This document shows, piece after piece, positions 1 to 9,853 of a stretch of DNA of 64,000 nucleotides. Location of the stretch: the NCBI GenBank assembly GCA_963844715.1, contig CAWJPJ010000004.1:160001-224000 (forward strand). Reading direction: 5' to 3'. The DNA is from an uncultured Phycisphaerales bacterium. GTDB lineage: Bacteria > Planctomycetota > Phycisphaerae > Tepidisphaerales > Tepidisphaeraceae. Made by a program: the position numbers and the translations under genes. The notes beneath the pieces were generated by a model that did no database searches, was not told the DNA's origin, and saw only the letters and a program-made list of their open reading frames with translations. The first letter of the stretch is position 1. The number at the start of each line of letters is the position of its first letter.

Positions 1-143
1 ACATGTCCCAGCCCGGGGCAGAGCAGGCCGTGCAGCAAGCTGAGGAAGACCTTGCCGCCGTTGGGCGAGCGCATGGCGGGATGGTTTTTCGCCGCCATCA
101 TCTGAAGGGCTTGTTCGAGGGCTGGATCTTCTTGGTTGCTCAT
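1..143 (-). CDS. N-terminal part of a probable second signal peptidase I paralogue (runs off window)
   Basis: Reads MSNQEDPALEQALQMMAAKNHPAMRSPNGGKVFLSLLHGLLCPGLGH; LLCPGLGH matches LLCPGMGH in the adjacent peptidase. Confidence 0.6.
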   Translation of the reverse strand, partial: MSNQEDPALEQALQMMAAKNHPAMRSPNGGKVFLSLLHGLLCPGLGH

Positions 144-163
144 GGGCGCCTTGGTTTGAGGGA

Positions 164-1099
164 TTAGAAGAACTTGCGGTAGTGCGCCGGCGGCCAGAGG
201 ACCAGCATCACGCGGCCGACGATCTGATCCGCGGGGACGGCTCCCGGCTGGTGGCCCTCGATGGCGGGGAAGAACCGCGAATCGTCGGACGCCGGGCTGT
301 TGTCGCCGAGCAGGAAGTATTCATCGGAGGCAAGTTGGATCGGCTTTCCCCAGCATCCCACGGCCGCGTTCAATGGATCGGGGGCTGACATCAACTCATT
401 CCATTTGTCGACTGGAACATACCAATCGACGCCCGGCGGGAGCACGGTCAATTGCCCGTCGATCAAGAGCCCATCCCCAGTGATCTCGAGTTCTTCGTCG
501 GGAATGCCCACCACGCGTTTGCACAACTGCGCGGGCGTGTTCTTCAGCGGGCTATTGATCGACACCAGGTCCCAGCGATCAAACGGATAGTTGCGCACGA
601 CCAAAAAGAAGTCGCCGGGAACGATCGTCGGCGCCATGCTTGAGGCGGGGCAGCACTCGATTTCGGCGATGTTGTCGCGGAGGTAAACGGTCGCGGCGTG
701 CTGCCAGGCGATTGCCGCGGACAGGCAGAGAATCGCCGCCCCGAAGCGTGTGCCGCGATCCCCGAGCATTTTGGCCGCGGAATTGCGGCAGCAGCGCGAG
801 GCGCTGATGCACTGCGAAAAATGCAGGACGATCGCAACCGGGCCCAGGATGACGATATACGGGAAATAGCGCGGCTCGGTGAGGGTGACGATGACGCTGG
901 CGGCCATGATCCACATGACGATGAAGCAGGTCGCGCCGAGGTTCAGCCAACCGCCGAAGATGTGGCCCATTCCCGGGCAGAGCAGGGAGCCGCACAGACC
1001 GAGGAATCCACGGCTGGGATCGCGCCGGGACGGCGGGGGGGCCAGCTTCGGCAAGGTCATGCGGAGCCGGTTTGCTATTCGCGGATCAGTGGGCGCCAT
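164..1099 (-). CDS. lepB: Signal peptidase I (S26) with extra N-terminal transmembrane domain
   Basis: Catalytic boxes SSMAPT, LCKRVVG and YFLLGDNSPASDDSR. Confidence 0.88.
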   Translation of the reverse strand: MAPTDPRIANRLRMTLPKLAPPPSRRDPSRGFLGLCGSLLCPGMGHIFGGWLNLGATCFIVMWIMAASVIVTLTEPRYFPYIVILGPVAIVLHFSQCISASRCCRNSAAKMLGDRGTRFGAAILCLSAAIAWQHAATVYLRDNIAEIECCPASSMAPTIVPGDFFLVVRNYPFDRWDLVSINSPLKNTPAQLCKRVVGIPDEELEITGDGLLIDGQLTVLPPGVDWYVPVDKWNELMSAPDPLNAAVGCWGKPIQLASDEYFLLGDNSPASDDSRFFPAIEGHQPGAVPADQIVGRVMLVLWPPAHYRKFF

Positions 1100-1268
1100 G
1101 GCTATTGTCCCGTAAGGGCGGGCGAAACTGCCCCAAAAAACGGCAGGGAGAGACCGCCAATAGTTAATCGACTGGATGAATGGGGGCGAAGACTACGAAT
1201 CCGCCTAAAACCGGGGCGCGGAGATGCTATGGGACCTTAAAGGGCGAAATTCCTTCGAATAGGGCGGG

Positions 1269-2621
1269 TCAGGATTGAGCTTTTGTTGGCGTCTTTCGAT
1301 TTCGGCGTCGTGCCAGGATCATCGCGCCTGCCCCGCCAAGAAGGGCCATGGTGGTCGGTTCAGGGACGAGAACCGGCGTGAGGCCGATCAGGACTACGTC
1401 GTTGCCGCCGGTTGGCGAGATGTCGGCTGAGCTGTAGCTCGAGTTGGCCGTATTCGTGAAGTTGATCTGGCCGCTGTAGCTGATTGTCCAGCTATAGGTG
1501 CTCGACCCGAAGGCGGCACTGATCGTGGCGCCTTGTGTGAAGACCGTGGAGCCATCGACCGAGTAGAAGGCTTTCGGGTAGGTACCGGAGCCGGAAATCA
1601 AGGTTTCGTCGAATAGGCCCAGGTTCACGTATGTCGCGCCGATCGTACTGGGCGTAACAACCGTTCCCGGCGAATCATCCAACACGAGGTTAAGACGCGA
1701 CGAAATGTTGGTGTTGTTTTGGAGGTGCAGGATACCCTGACCGGATTCGGCGTTGCCCTGGTTCACGTTTCCCTGGATGGGCGTCGTGCCGGGGTTACGT
1801 GAGTTGGTATCAAGGTGGAACTCGACGATTCCGATCGTGCCCTTCATGTTCGTGTTGGTGGCAAACTGGAATCCGTTCTGGCTGAGAATCGCTCCAGCGG
1901 GGCCGTCGCTATAGACGGTGAAGTAACCGACGCCGGCCGAAGTCCTGGTCAGACCCGTGCTGCAAGCACCCGAGCCGAGCTGGATGCCTTGTTCGGCATC
2001 GAGTGTGCCTCCGTGATATTCGAAGGTCCCGGAGCCAATAGCCGTTCCGGCCTTGTTCGTACCTTGGATTTTGACTGAGCCGATGGTGAGGAACGCTCCG
2101 CCGTTAAGAGCCAGGATTCCCTGGCTATCGCGGCCGATCGTGATTGTGCCGGCAACGATGGTGCCGCTTTCAATCGTTAGCTTATTCGGGGCGGCTTACG
2201 TTCCGGTGACCGACGAGATATAGAGCGAGCCGGAAATGTTGTCCAGGTTTGCCGTATACGCCGCATGCGGTCCCCCCGGCGTATTTGGATCGTTGGCGGG
2301 GTCGAACAGCAGTCCAATCGCGGGCATGATGCTGTTGTCGGCGTCAATGTTTATCGCGGCCGGGGCAGTCGTGTAACTTTCCGGAAGAGTTCCGGTAACG
2401 CCATTCTGGTTCCAGTTCGAGGTATTGAACCACCAAATGGGACCGTAGATGATAATCGGGGGCGTTTCGCTGGCACTGGTGACTTGCATATCGATTTCGG
2501 CGTGAACCAGTTTGGGGGTGGCGGCGAAGACGGCCGCCGCGACCACGGCGCCTGCGGCCAGTCCTTCCCACTTTGAAATCCGAGACCGCCGCGCCGAGGG
2601 GTTGCCATCTACGATACTCAT
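1269..2621 (-). CDS. PEP-CTERM exosortase-target protein (split by indels)
   Basis: C-terminus VPEPTTMALLGGAGAMILARRRNRK; signal-peptide-like N-terminus in ORF 2196..2675; Gly/Ser/Thr/Asn-rich middle in shifted frames. Confidence 0.8.
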
Positions 2622-2887
2622 ATTTTCTCCCGTGCAATTCGGATGAGGCCGACGCGGATTTCCGCGCCGTCGCAAGATGGCAGGATGGGGGGAGTAGCTT
2701 CTTCCGCCTCCGCTGCTATTTTGCGATCTCCCACCCCTGGTCGATTCGCAAAATACGATGCGCTCCCGCTACAGAGCGCAATCAACAACAAAACCGTATC
2801 GCTGAGCCATGTAAATGGCAACGAAAAAGGCAACGTTTATGCCCAAATTTGTAATAAGTTAGCCTCTTCCTAGAGGGCATGCGGATT

Positions 2888-4729
2888 TTATGGCTGATCA
2901 TCCGATTCCCGCGGGGCGCCGAAATTTCGGTCGGTATATTCCTTATCCGAGTAATTCACCAATTTGCCGGCCACCTGGGGCGGGGGCAGGGGGAGGTCCG
3001 GGGATGGGGGAACATCCAGATACGTCAGGGCCCGTGCCAAGAAGTGGCAGGCGCCGGGCGCGGCAACGGCGCCTCCGTAATGCGCGATCGACTTGTCCGG
3101 ATCGTGAATCACAAATACGACCACAATGCGGGGATTCTCGTAGGCGCGCCGGCCACGAAGCTGCTGTTAAAATGATCTTCGCTGTAGCCGTGCCCTTGGG
3201 CGAGCTTTGCGGTGCCGGTTTTGCCGAAGATGTTCCAGATTCGGCTTCGCTGTCCGGCGGCGGTGCCTCGGATCACCACGTCGCACAAAATTCTGCGCGT
3301 TTCGGCTGCCGAATCTGGATCGATCGCTTCGGGCAAGGAATCGAAATCCGGCTGGGGCTCGTGCTCGACGACCCGGCCGCCCGGCTCGACGGTCCCCATC
3401 AAAACTCGGGGCGTCACCAATTTCCCTCCATTGGCGATCGCGCAAAACGCCCGCCCTAATTGCAGCGGCGTGATCAATAGCTCATAACCCTGCGCGATCG
3501 ACTCGGTGCTGTAATGGTTCCATTTGCCGAGCGGGTTGACCTTGCCGGGAAACTCGCCCGGCAAATCGATTCCCGTGCGGCGTCCGAACCCGAAGCTGGT
3601 GACGGCGCGATATAGCCGGGCGTTGCCCATTCGCTCGGCTAGCTGGGACATGAGAATGTTGCTTGATTTCACCAAGCCGTCCCAGGTGATCAGATTTCCG
3701 TAATGCTCGACGTCGCTGACCGGCCGTCCGTACGGCGTGAACCAGGTGATCCCTGGAATATTCCAGAGTTCCGAGGGGGTCGTGATGTGCCACATGAAGG
3801 CCGGCGTTGCCAAGAAGGGCTTGAACGTTGATCCCGGCTCGTAAGGCACGACGAGGGCCGTATCCCGGCGAACATCGGGGGTCGATTCGCTCAGTGTCTG
3901 CGGATTGAAGGTTGGATAGTTGGCCAGCGCGAGTACGTCGCCGGTGCGCGGGTCCAATGCGATGGCCGTTCCCCACTGGGCGCGGAAATGGTCCACGGTA
4001 TCGCGCAGCTCCTCCTCGGCAATCATTTGCAAATTGGCGTCAACCGTGAGGACGAGATGCTGCCCATGCTGCGGCGGGAGATAATCCTCGGCTGCCACGC
4101 CGATGGGGCGGCGGCGCAGCGTCTTTCGTTTCTCGCTCGAAACCCGCGCGACCACTCAAGAGGGCGTTGTATTTCAGTTCCAGACCGTCCAGCCCGTTCC
4201 CATCCGCTCCGCATCCGCCTAGAAGATGCGCTCCGATCGAACCCATCGGATAGCACCGCGCGGTCGACGGCGCGATCCCCACGCCCGGCAAATTCAGCGC
4301 CTCGATCTGTGCAGCTTCGCCGTCATCGAGGTCGGTCGCGATTTTCACAAACCGGCTCGTGGCCCGATCGCCGAGCAACTGCGCCAATTCGTAGGGGTCT
4401 CTCCCGATGATGGTCCCCAGCTTGGTCAGGGCCTCGTCCATCTCCACCAGGCTGCGTCCGTCCTCCTGAAATGAGTCCTGCATGAATTTCGGATCGATGA
4501 AGAGGTTCTCAGTCTGGATGCTCCCCGCCATGAGGATGCCGTTGCGGTCGTAGATGTCGCCGCGGCGTGCGGGGAGGGTTAGGGAGAGATGCTGCTGGCG
4601 ATCGGCGCGGGTGATGGTCTGTTCGCGGCCGTAGGTTTGGAGATAGGCGACGCGGCCGGTCAGACCGATGAACATGGCCACAATCGAATAAACGACCACG
4701 GCACAACGAATGGTGGAGAAGTTGGGCAT
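2888..4729 (-). CDS. ftsI: Class B penicillin-binding protein, FtsI-like (three frame segments)
   Basis: RGDIYDRNG, RCYPMG, DGLE, EPGSTFKP (SxxK), KSSN (SxN) and GKTGTA (KTG) across ORFs 4040..4765, 3109..4155 and 2888..3124. Confidence 0.88.
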
Positions 4730-4795
4730 GGCCAGGGAATCGTCGTCCGATAATTCATCGACCACACAAAGAGCTAAACGAGAGAAAATCCGGGG

Positions 4796-5080
4796 TTATT
4801 CGGCCGAGGCGTCGGGGTCTTCGATCCAGGCTCGCTTGAGGGTGGCGACGTCGGGATTGGTGAGTTTTGTGCCTTGGCCCATGAGGGTTTGCGCGATCGC
4901 GTTCGGGGCGGTCCCTACGGCGATATTCAGTTGCTGATTCCAGAGCTGGGCTTGGGTGGCCTGGATGCGGTTGTGCAGTTCGTTGGTCTGGTAGCTCAGA
5001 TTGAGGTGTTGCTGACGCAGTTCAAGGAGAACCGCTCCGATGCCCACCGCGGCCAGGAGACAAAGGAGGAGCTTGAGCAT
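4796..5080 (-). CDS. ftsL: FtsL-like small bitopic coiled-coil protein
   Basis: One TM helix followed by a heptad-like coil; lies immediately upstream of ftsI. Confidence 0.6.
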   Translation of the reverse strand: MLKLLLCLLAAVGIGAVLLELRQQHLNLSYQTNELHNRIQATQAQLWNQQLNIAVGTAPNAIAQTLMGQGTKLTNPDVATLKRAWIEDPDASAE

Positions 5081-5083
5081 AGA

Positions 5084-5959
5084 TCAGCCGTTGGAGGTCT
5101 TGCCGGGGAGGCGGAGCTTCATGCCGGGATAGATAACGTCGTGATCCTTGCCCTTGAGGATGGTCTGATTCAAATCCTTGATCTGGTCGATCGCGGCGGG
5201 ATCGCCGAGTTCGTCGTTGGCGATGCTCCAGAGGCTGTCGCCGGCCTGGACGGTGTAGATGCTGGCGGGCGAGGGGGAATCGTCGGATGCGGTCGGTGCA
5301 CTCTGTTGCGCGGGCGCCGCGGCGATGGATTGGCCTTTTTTTCCGGGGATGCTGTAGGTTTGACCCACGATCACTACATCCGGGTCGTCCTGAAGGGAGG
5401 GGTTGGCGTCAATAATGGCTTGCCGATTGGTTTTGGTGTTTGCGCCGAGGAGTCGGGACGCCATTCGGGAAACGGAATCGCCGCTCTGGGCGACGTAAGT
5501 CCGCATCTGGGCGGAAGGGGCGGGGGCGGCGTCCTGGGTTGCGGTCGGCGTGCCGTCGGGATTGGACGACTCAAGCTGCTCCCCATGCTTGCGGGCGGCG
5601 TCGGATAGCGCATCGTTGGTCGGATTTGCGTCTTGATCCGGCTGGGCCTGGATGGGATTCGCCTGGGCATCCTGCTGCGAAGGGGTCGGCTCCATCGGAA
5701 TCACTGGGCTGGGGGCGGGATTCAACTCATCCCGAGTCGGCACGGGCTGTTGTGGCGGCGCGTTATGCGGCGCGACGATCGTGATGGGGGGATTGCTTGT
5801 GCCGGGCGAAATAATCGCCTCTCGAACCGCTCCGGCGGCGCTGGAAAGGGCTGCCTCGGGCGGCTCGCCGGTTGAGCGCAGATAATCGGATAGCAGAATC
5901 CCGACCACAATGATGAACGCCAGACCCACCAGCAGTCCGATTTTGGTTTCTCGTGTCAT
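5084..5959 (-). CDS. Membrane-anchored protein with two LysM domains
   Basis: N-terminal TM helix; YVAQSGDSVSRMA..IDANP..GQTYSIP and YTVQAGDSLWSIA..KDLN..GMKLRLP. Confidence 0.9.
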   Translation of the reverse strand: MTRETKIGLLVGLAFIIVVGILLSDYLRSTGEPPEAALSSAAGAVREAIISPGTSNPPITIVAPHNAPPQQPVPTRDELNPAPSPVIPMEPTPSQQDAQANPIQAQPDQDANPTNDALSDAARKHGEQLESSNPDGTPTATQDAAPAPSAQMRTYVAQSGDSVSRMASRLLGANTKTNRQAIIDANPSLQDDPDVVIVGQTYSIPGKKGQSIAAAPAQQSAPTASDDSPSPASIYTVQAGDSLWSIANDELGDPAAIDQIKDLNQTILKGKDHDVIYPGMKLRLPGKTSNG

Positions 5960-5972
5960 GGCTGCCTCGTTC

Positions 5973-6021
5973 TAGATGCTAGAGACCAGTTGCCAGAAGC
6001 TAGAAGCTAGAAGCTAGGAGC
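5973..6021. repeat. Degenerate 7-nt tandem array (7 units, YAGRWGC-like)
   Basis: tagatgc tagagac cagttgc cagaagc tagaagc tagaagc taggagc; overlaps the rsmH stop codon. Confidence 0.75.
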
Positions 6022-6924
6022 ATTGCGGCTGGCAACTACGCGCAGTTTTGCCGAACGTGCTCGCGGGTTTTCCGCGATTTCTTCGGGGGTGGGGGAGAGG
6101 GGTTTGCCGGTGATGACCTTAAAAAACCCGGTCTGCTCCAACGACCGAAACGCTTGCTTGACGGCGCGATCTTCCATCGAGTGGAAGCTGATGACGGCGA
6201 ACCGTCCGGCGGAGGCCAAAGCGGCGGGGGCCTGCTTCAAAAGCGACCCCAGGTTCTCCATCTCCCGATTGACGGCCATCCGAAGGGCTAAAAACGTTCG
6301 GGTTGCCGGATCAATCCGCTCCGGAGGACCGCTCCGATGCGGCACAGCCGATCGCACAATTTCGGCCAGTGCGTCAGTGGTAGTGATCGGCGAAGTCTGG
6401 CGCATCTCGACAATCTTTCTGGCAATTCGCCGCGAATAACGCTCCTGTGCCAGTTCATATAGGACCGCGGCGAGATCCTTTTCGGGCAGGCGATTCACCA
6501 AATCCGCGGCGGAGCGCTGGTCCGTCGGGTCGATGCGCATGTCGAGCGGCATGGCGCGGTCGAAGCTCATTCCGTAGTCCGGATCGAAGAGTTGATTGGT
6601 GCTGACTCCCAAATCGGCGAGGATGCCGTTGACCCTGGCGATGCCTGCCTGGGCCAGGACCTCATTCAGTTGTGAAAAATTGGCATGAAAGAGACGGTGC
6701 GGGCAATTGAGCTTCGCCAACCGCTCAGCGGCGAACCGCAGATTGCGCGGATCGGCGTCGAGGCCGATGAGAAGCCCGGTCTTGCCGAGGATTTCGGCGA
6801 TCGCCGCGGCGTGGCCGCCGCGCCCGAGCGTGCAATCGACGAACGTTCCGCCGGGGGTGGGGCGGAGGAGTTCCTGAATCTGGCGAATTAGAACCGGTTC
6901 ATGACCGTGCTCGGGCAGGTCCAT
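6007..6924 (-). CDS. rsmH: 16S rRNA (C1402-N4)-methyltransferase RsmH
   Basis: HEPVL, DCTLGRGGH, DLGVS, LDMR, ISFHSMEDR and NPRARSAKLR. Confidence 0.96.
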   Translation of the reverse strand: MDLPEHGHEPVLIRQIQELLRPTPGGTFVDCTLGRGGHAAAIAEILGKTGLLIGLDADPRNLRFAAERLAKLNCPHRLFHANFSQLNEVLAQAGIARVNGILADLGVSTNQLFDPDYGMSFDRAMPLDMRIDPTDQRSAADLVNRLPEKDLAAVLYELAQERYSRRIARKIVEMRQTSPITTTDALAEIVRSAVPHRSGPPERIDPATRTFLALRMAVNREMENLGSLLKQAPAALASAGRFAVISFHSMEDRAVKQAFRSLEQTGFFKVITGKPLSPTPEEIAENPRARSAKLRVVASRNAPSF

Positions 6925-7101
6925 TCAGGCAGGGTAATCGCAAGGGTGGAAAATACCTCTTGATTTGCGGGCAGGGTAACAGTTACAATGGTTAGGTACT
7001 TGTTCGTAGCGGCAAAATGGCCGATATAAAGAAAAGGCCGGGCATCCGTGCCCACTGGGTCCCGTCCTTGTTGAGACGCCTCTTCCCGATGCTTTGTCGA
7101 A

Positions 7102-7155
7102 CGGTCGGTCACGAACTTGGGCCGTCCTTGTGCCGCAAAAGTTCGTGACCGACCG
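7102..7155. repeat. Perfect 17-bp inverted repeat with a 20-nt loop
   Basis: cggtcggtcacgaactt (7102-7118) / aagttcgtgaccgaccg (7139-7155). Confidence 0.85.
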
Positions 7156-7414
7156 AACGAGTACGCGAAATCGCCAAGTTCACAACCGAGGCCTGGCGAT
7201 TCTTCTTCTCCTCGACGCGGAAAGGGCACCAATCGCCTTCCCAATCATCCTTGAACGGTTGGGCGACTTGGCTGGGTCTGCGCGCGGCATCCATGTCGCG
7301 GCCGACTTACACCGATTCCGATCGATTTTTCTAACCGGCTACTGAAATCTGAAAGACGTGGCCTTCCCTGCGTCTTTCTCCCATTACCACAAACAGTCGG
7401 AGGTCGCGATCGAC

Positions 7415-7934
7415 CTAATCCGTCTTAACACCCTGTCCCGCTATGATATGTATCGCGGGTGGTTGTTGATTCATTTTTTCCAAAGCCGCGGCTGCCCGCT
7501 CCAAAATTACGGCTCGATTCTTAAGTAAATAATCTCTTCGTTGTTCCCAGGTTTTTCGCGGGATCAACTTTAGATGGTCCTGATTGCCGACCAGCGCCAA
7601 CTCGCCTTTCAGGGACCCATCGGCGGTCACCTCGTCGGGGAGCGTAATGCGCCATTGCGCGTCGAGCTTGACGGGAATGCCGAGGTTGAACTGCGCTTCG
7701 ATGTACTCGGCGATCTCGCGGCTGGGCGGCTGCCTTGGGCGGAACCTGGGCATTCATCATTTCCTTGAAGTATTTCTCTGGAAACAAAAGGATGCCGGGA
7801 TCGTTGGGGACGATCACCAGCGCTCCGCCGGTGATTTCCGGTTCCAGCTGCCGTCGAAAATCCGCTCCAATTGTCACGCGTCGCTTGTCGTCGACCGACA
7901 AAAGCTGACATCCGATGATCGAAGGGGCGTTCAA
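7415..7934 (-). CDS. mraZ: Divergent MraZ transcriptional regulator (frameshifted)
   Basis: Two DxxxR repeats (VDDKRRVTI, LDAQWRITLP) and LVGNQDHLKL..W; lies upstream of rsmH. Confidence 0.8.
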
Positions 7935-8152
7935 GGGCAGCTGATCCTTTGCTATGCATTTCCATTCCTATGGATGGGATTTCTATCCAATTTCATCCCC
8001 GCTTTCAAGCGAAAAGACGCTCGTTGTTTAAAAATATTTAACGAGACGCGAATGTAATGGCCGATACGGTGTGTTTTTCTTCAGCTAGTGCGCCGCGCGG
8101 TGGTTTGCACTACCGCTATTGGCGCGCCGCATTGTGGATAACTCAGATTCCC

Positions 8153-8875
8153 CTAATTTGCTACTGTTGAATTCTCCTTTTCGGAGAATTTTTCTTGTGA
8201 TCGCGGAGAGCGCACGGCGAATCGATAGAGAATCGCCGCGATGATGAGAAAGGCCGGCATCCACCATGCGGCAGACGGTGCATTTCCGAGCGCAAAGGAC
8301 AAAGCGCCCATCACCGGCCCGAGCAGCGCGGCCCTGGTCCAATTCATTTTGTCCGATTGCGTTACAAACTCCGCATGCAAATACCAAATGACGGGCCCGC
8401 CGAGGGCGATCGCGACGGCGACGGCGGGAATCAAGCCAGCGAATCGTGTTTTTCCCGCTGCCCATACCCAGATCGCGAGCGTCAAAAGCCAAAGAGAGAC
8501 ATAGGCTTCGGCGAGCACCCATTGCGCGGGTGCCGTGTCGGCGAGGAGTCCGGCGAGCTTCGCCATCGGCCAGCTGGCGGCGATGGCAATGACCACATTT
8601 CGCCGCGAATTCAGGAGTAATGGGGCGAGAAACGCTGCCGCCGCGACCTGAACGACCAGCATGACGGCCAGCGCCGTCTCCTCGGCAGCCGGAGGGTAGC
8701 CCACCGCGAGCGGGACGCGAAAAGCGGATAGAGACAGCGCGCCGGTTTGCACCCCGAGCCAGACTGCTAATGCGACGCCGCTACGCGCGGTTGCCTGACA
8801 TGTGAGATGGTTAACGATACGGGAAGAAACCGCGGCAAGCCACAGCTCATTTCCCAGCGTCGGCTGTGCGCACAT
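8153..8875 (-). CDS. Multi-pass membrane hypothetical protein
   Basis: Several hydrophobic segments; start uncertain. Confidence 0.6.
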   Translation of the reverse strand: MCAQPTLGNELWLAAVSSRIVNHLTCQATARSGVALAVWLGVQTGALSLSAFRVPLAVGYPPAAEETALAVMLVVQVAAAAFLAPLLLNSRRNVVIAIAASWPMAKLAGLLADTAPAQWVLAEAYVSLWLLTLAIWVWAAGKTRFAGLIPAVAVAIALGGPVIWYLHAEFVTQSDKMNWTRAALLGPVMGALSFALGNAPSAAWWMPAFLIIAAILYRFAVRSPRSQEKFSEKENSTVAN

Positions 8876-9774
8876 CGCTGACCGGGCAGGTTACGCGGTC
8901 CAATCTGACGTCGATCCACGGCTGATTGCCATCCACGCGCCCGGTTTGGGTAAAAAGATTCTCCAGGGCATCCAGCTTGGTGCTGGCGGGCACTTCGGCA
9001 AAACTGTCGGCGCTGGGGGGTCGTCCCCAGCGAATTTGCGTTCCAAACTTCGTCACGAGCACGATCTGCGCCTCGCTTGGACTGACGCGCCCGCCAAAGT
9101 TGCTTACGTCGATGACGCGAATCTGCTCCGCAAAATCTCGTCCTGCCAGCAGTCTTGCCAATTCCAAGCCCCCAGCCAGGTCGTCGCCGACCCAGCGGCG
9201 GCCTTCCGGCGGCGGGGCGTGCGCGCGCCCTGCACGATCCGAACATTCACTTTCCCGTCGGGACCAAAAATAATCTTCGGCAGCTCGTCGGCGGAATATT
9301 GCTCGGGCAGGCGGATCCCCTGGCCGTCAACCAGGCAGTAATAATCCTCCCATGGGACGAGCGCGACCGGGGCGCGGTATTCGCAGTCCAATTCGAGCGC
9401 ATCGGCCGGTCCCTGGTCGTAAACGCGGCGGACTTGAATGACCTGGCGGACCCAGGGATTGGATTTCAGCGCGTTGGCGGTGTCGATGAGGAGCTGGCGG
9501 TCATACGCCGAATGCAAACCGATCGGCTCCGCCGTTTTCATGATCTGATCGGCGAGGAAATCGCTCATCCAGGCGGGGCGATCGACGAGAAATACCTTTG
9601 GGGGGCGCGTCGGGGAAAGCCAGGTCCCTTTCGACGTAAACCTGACTGATTCGAAATACGCACGCCAGCCCGGAGACGAAAATCACCGCGAGCAGGGCGT
9701 GCAGGATGAAGCGCAGTGCGCTCCCCCGATGATTTGCCGCCGGTTGCGGGCGCGGATTTCCTGGTCTTGCGCAT
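8847..9774 (-). CDS. FtsQ/DivIB-like protein (split by indels)
   Basis: TM helix, then a POTRA-like LKSNPWVRQVIQVRR, EYRAPVALV, LVDGQGIRL and C-terminal WIDVRLD. Confidence 0.65.
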
Positions 9775-9853
9775 AGATGCACGATCTCTTACCGCATTTA
9801 TCGGACCGCCCGGCACCCCGACGTTACGGTTTTTGGTTACCATCCCGCTCGCG

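Noticed and set aside
2888..4729. ftsI and other split genes as pseudogenes or programmed frameshifts
   Set aside because: Breaks are spread across unrelated genes with intact motifs, which fits sequencing indels
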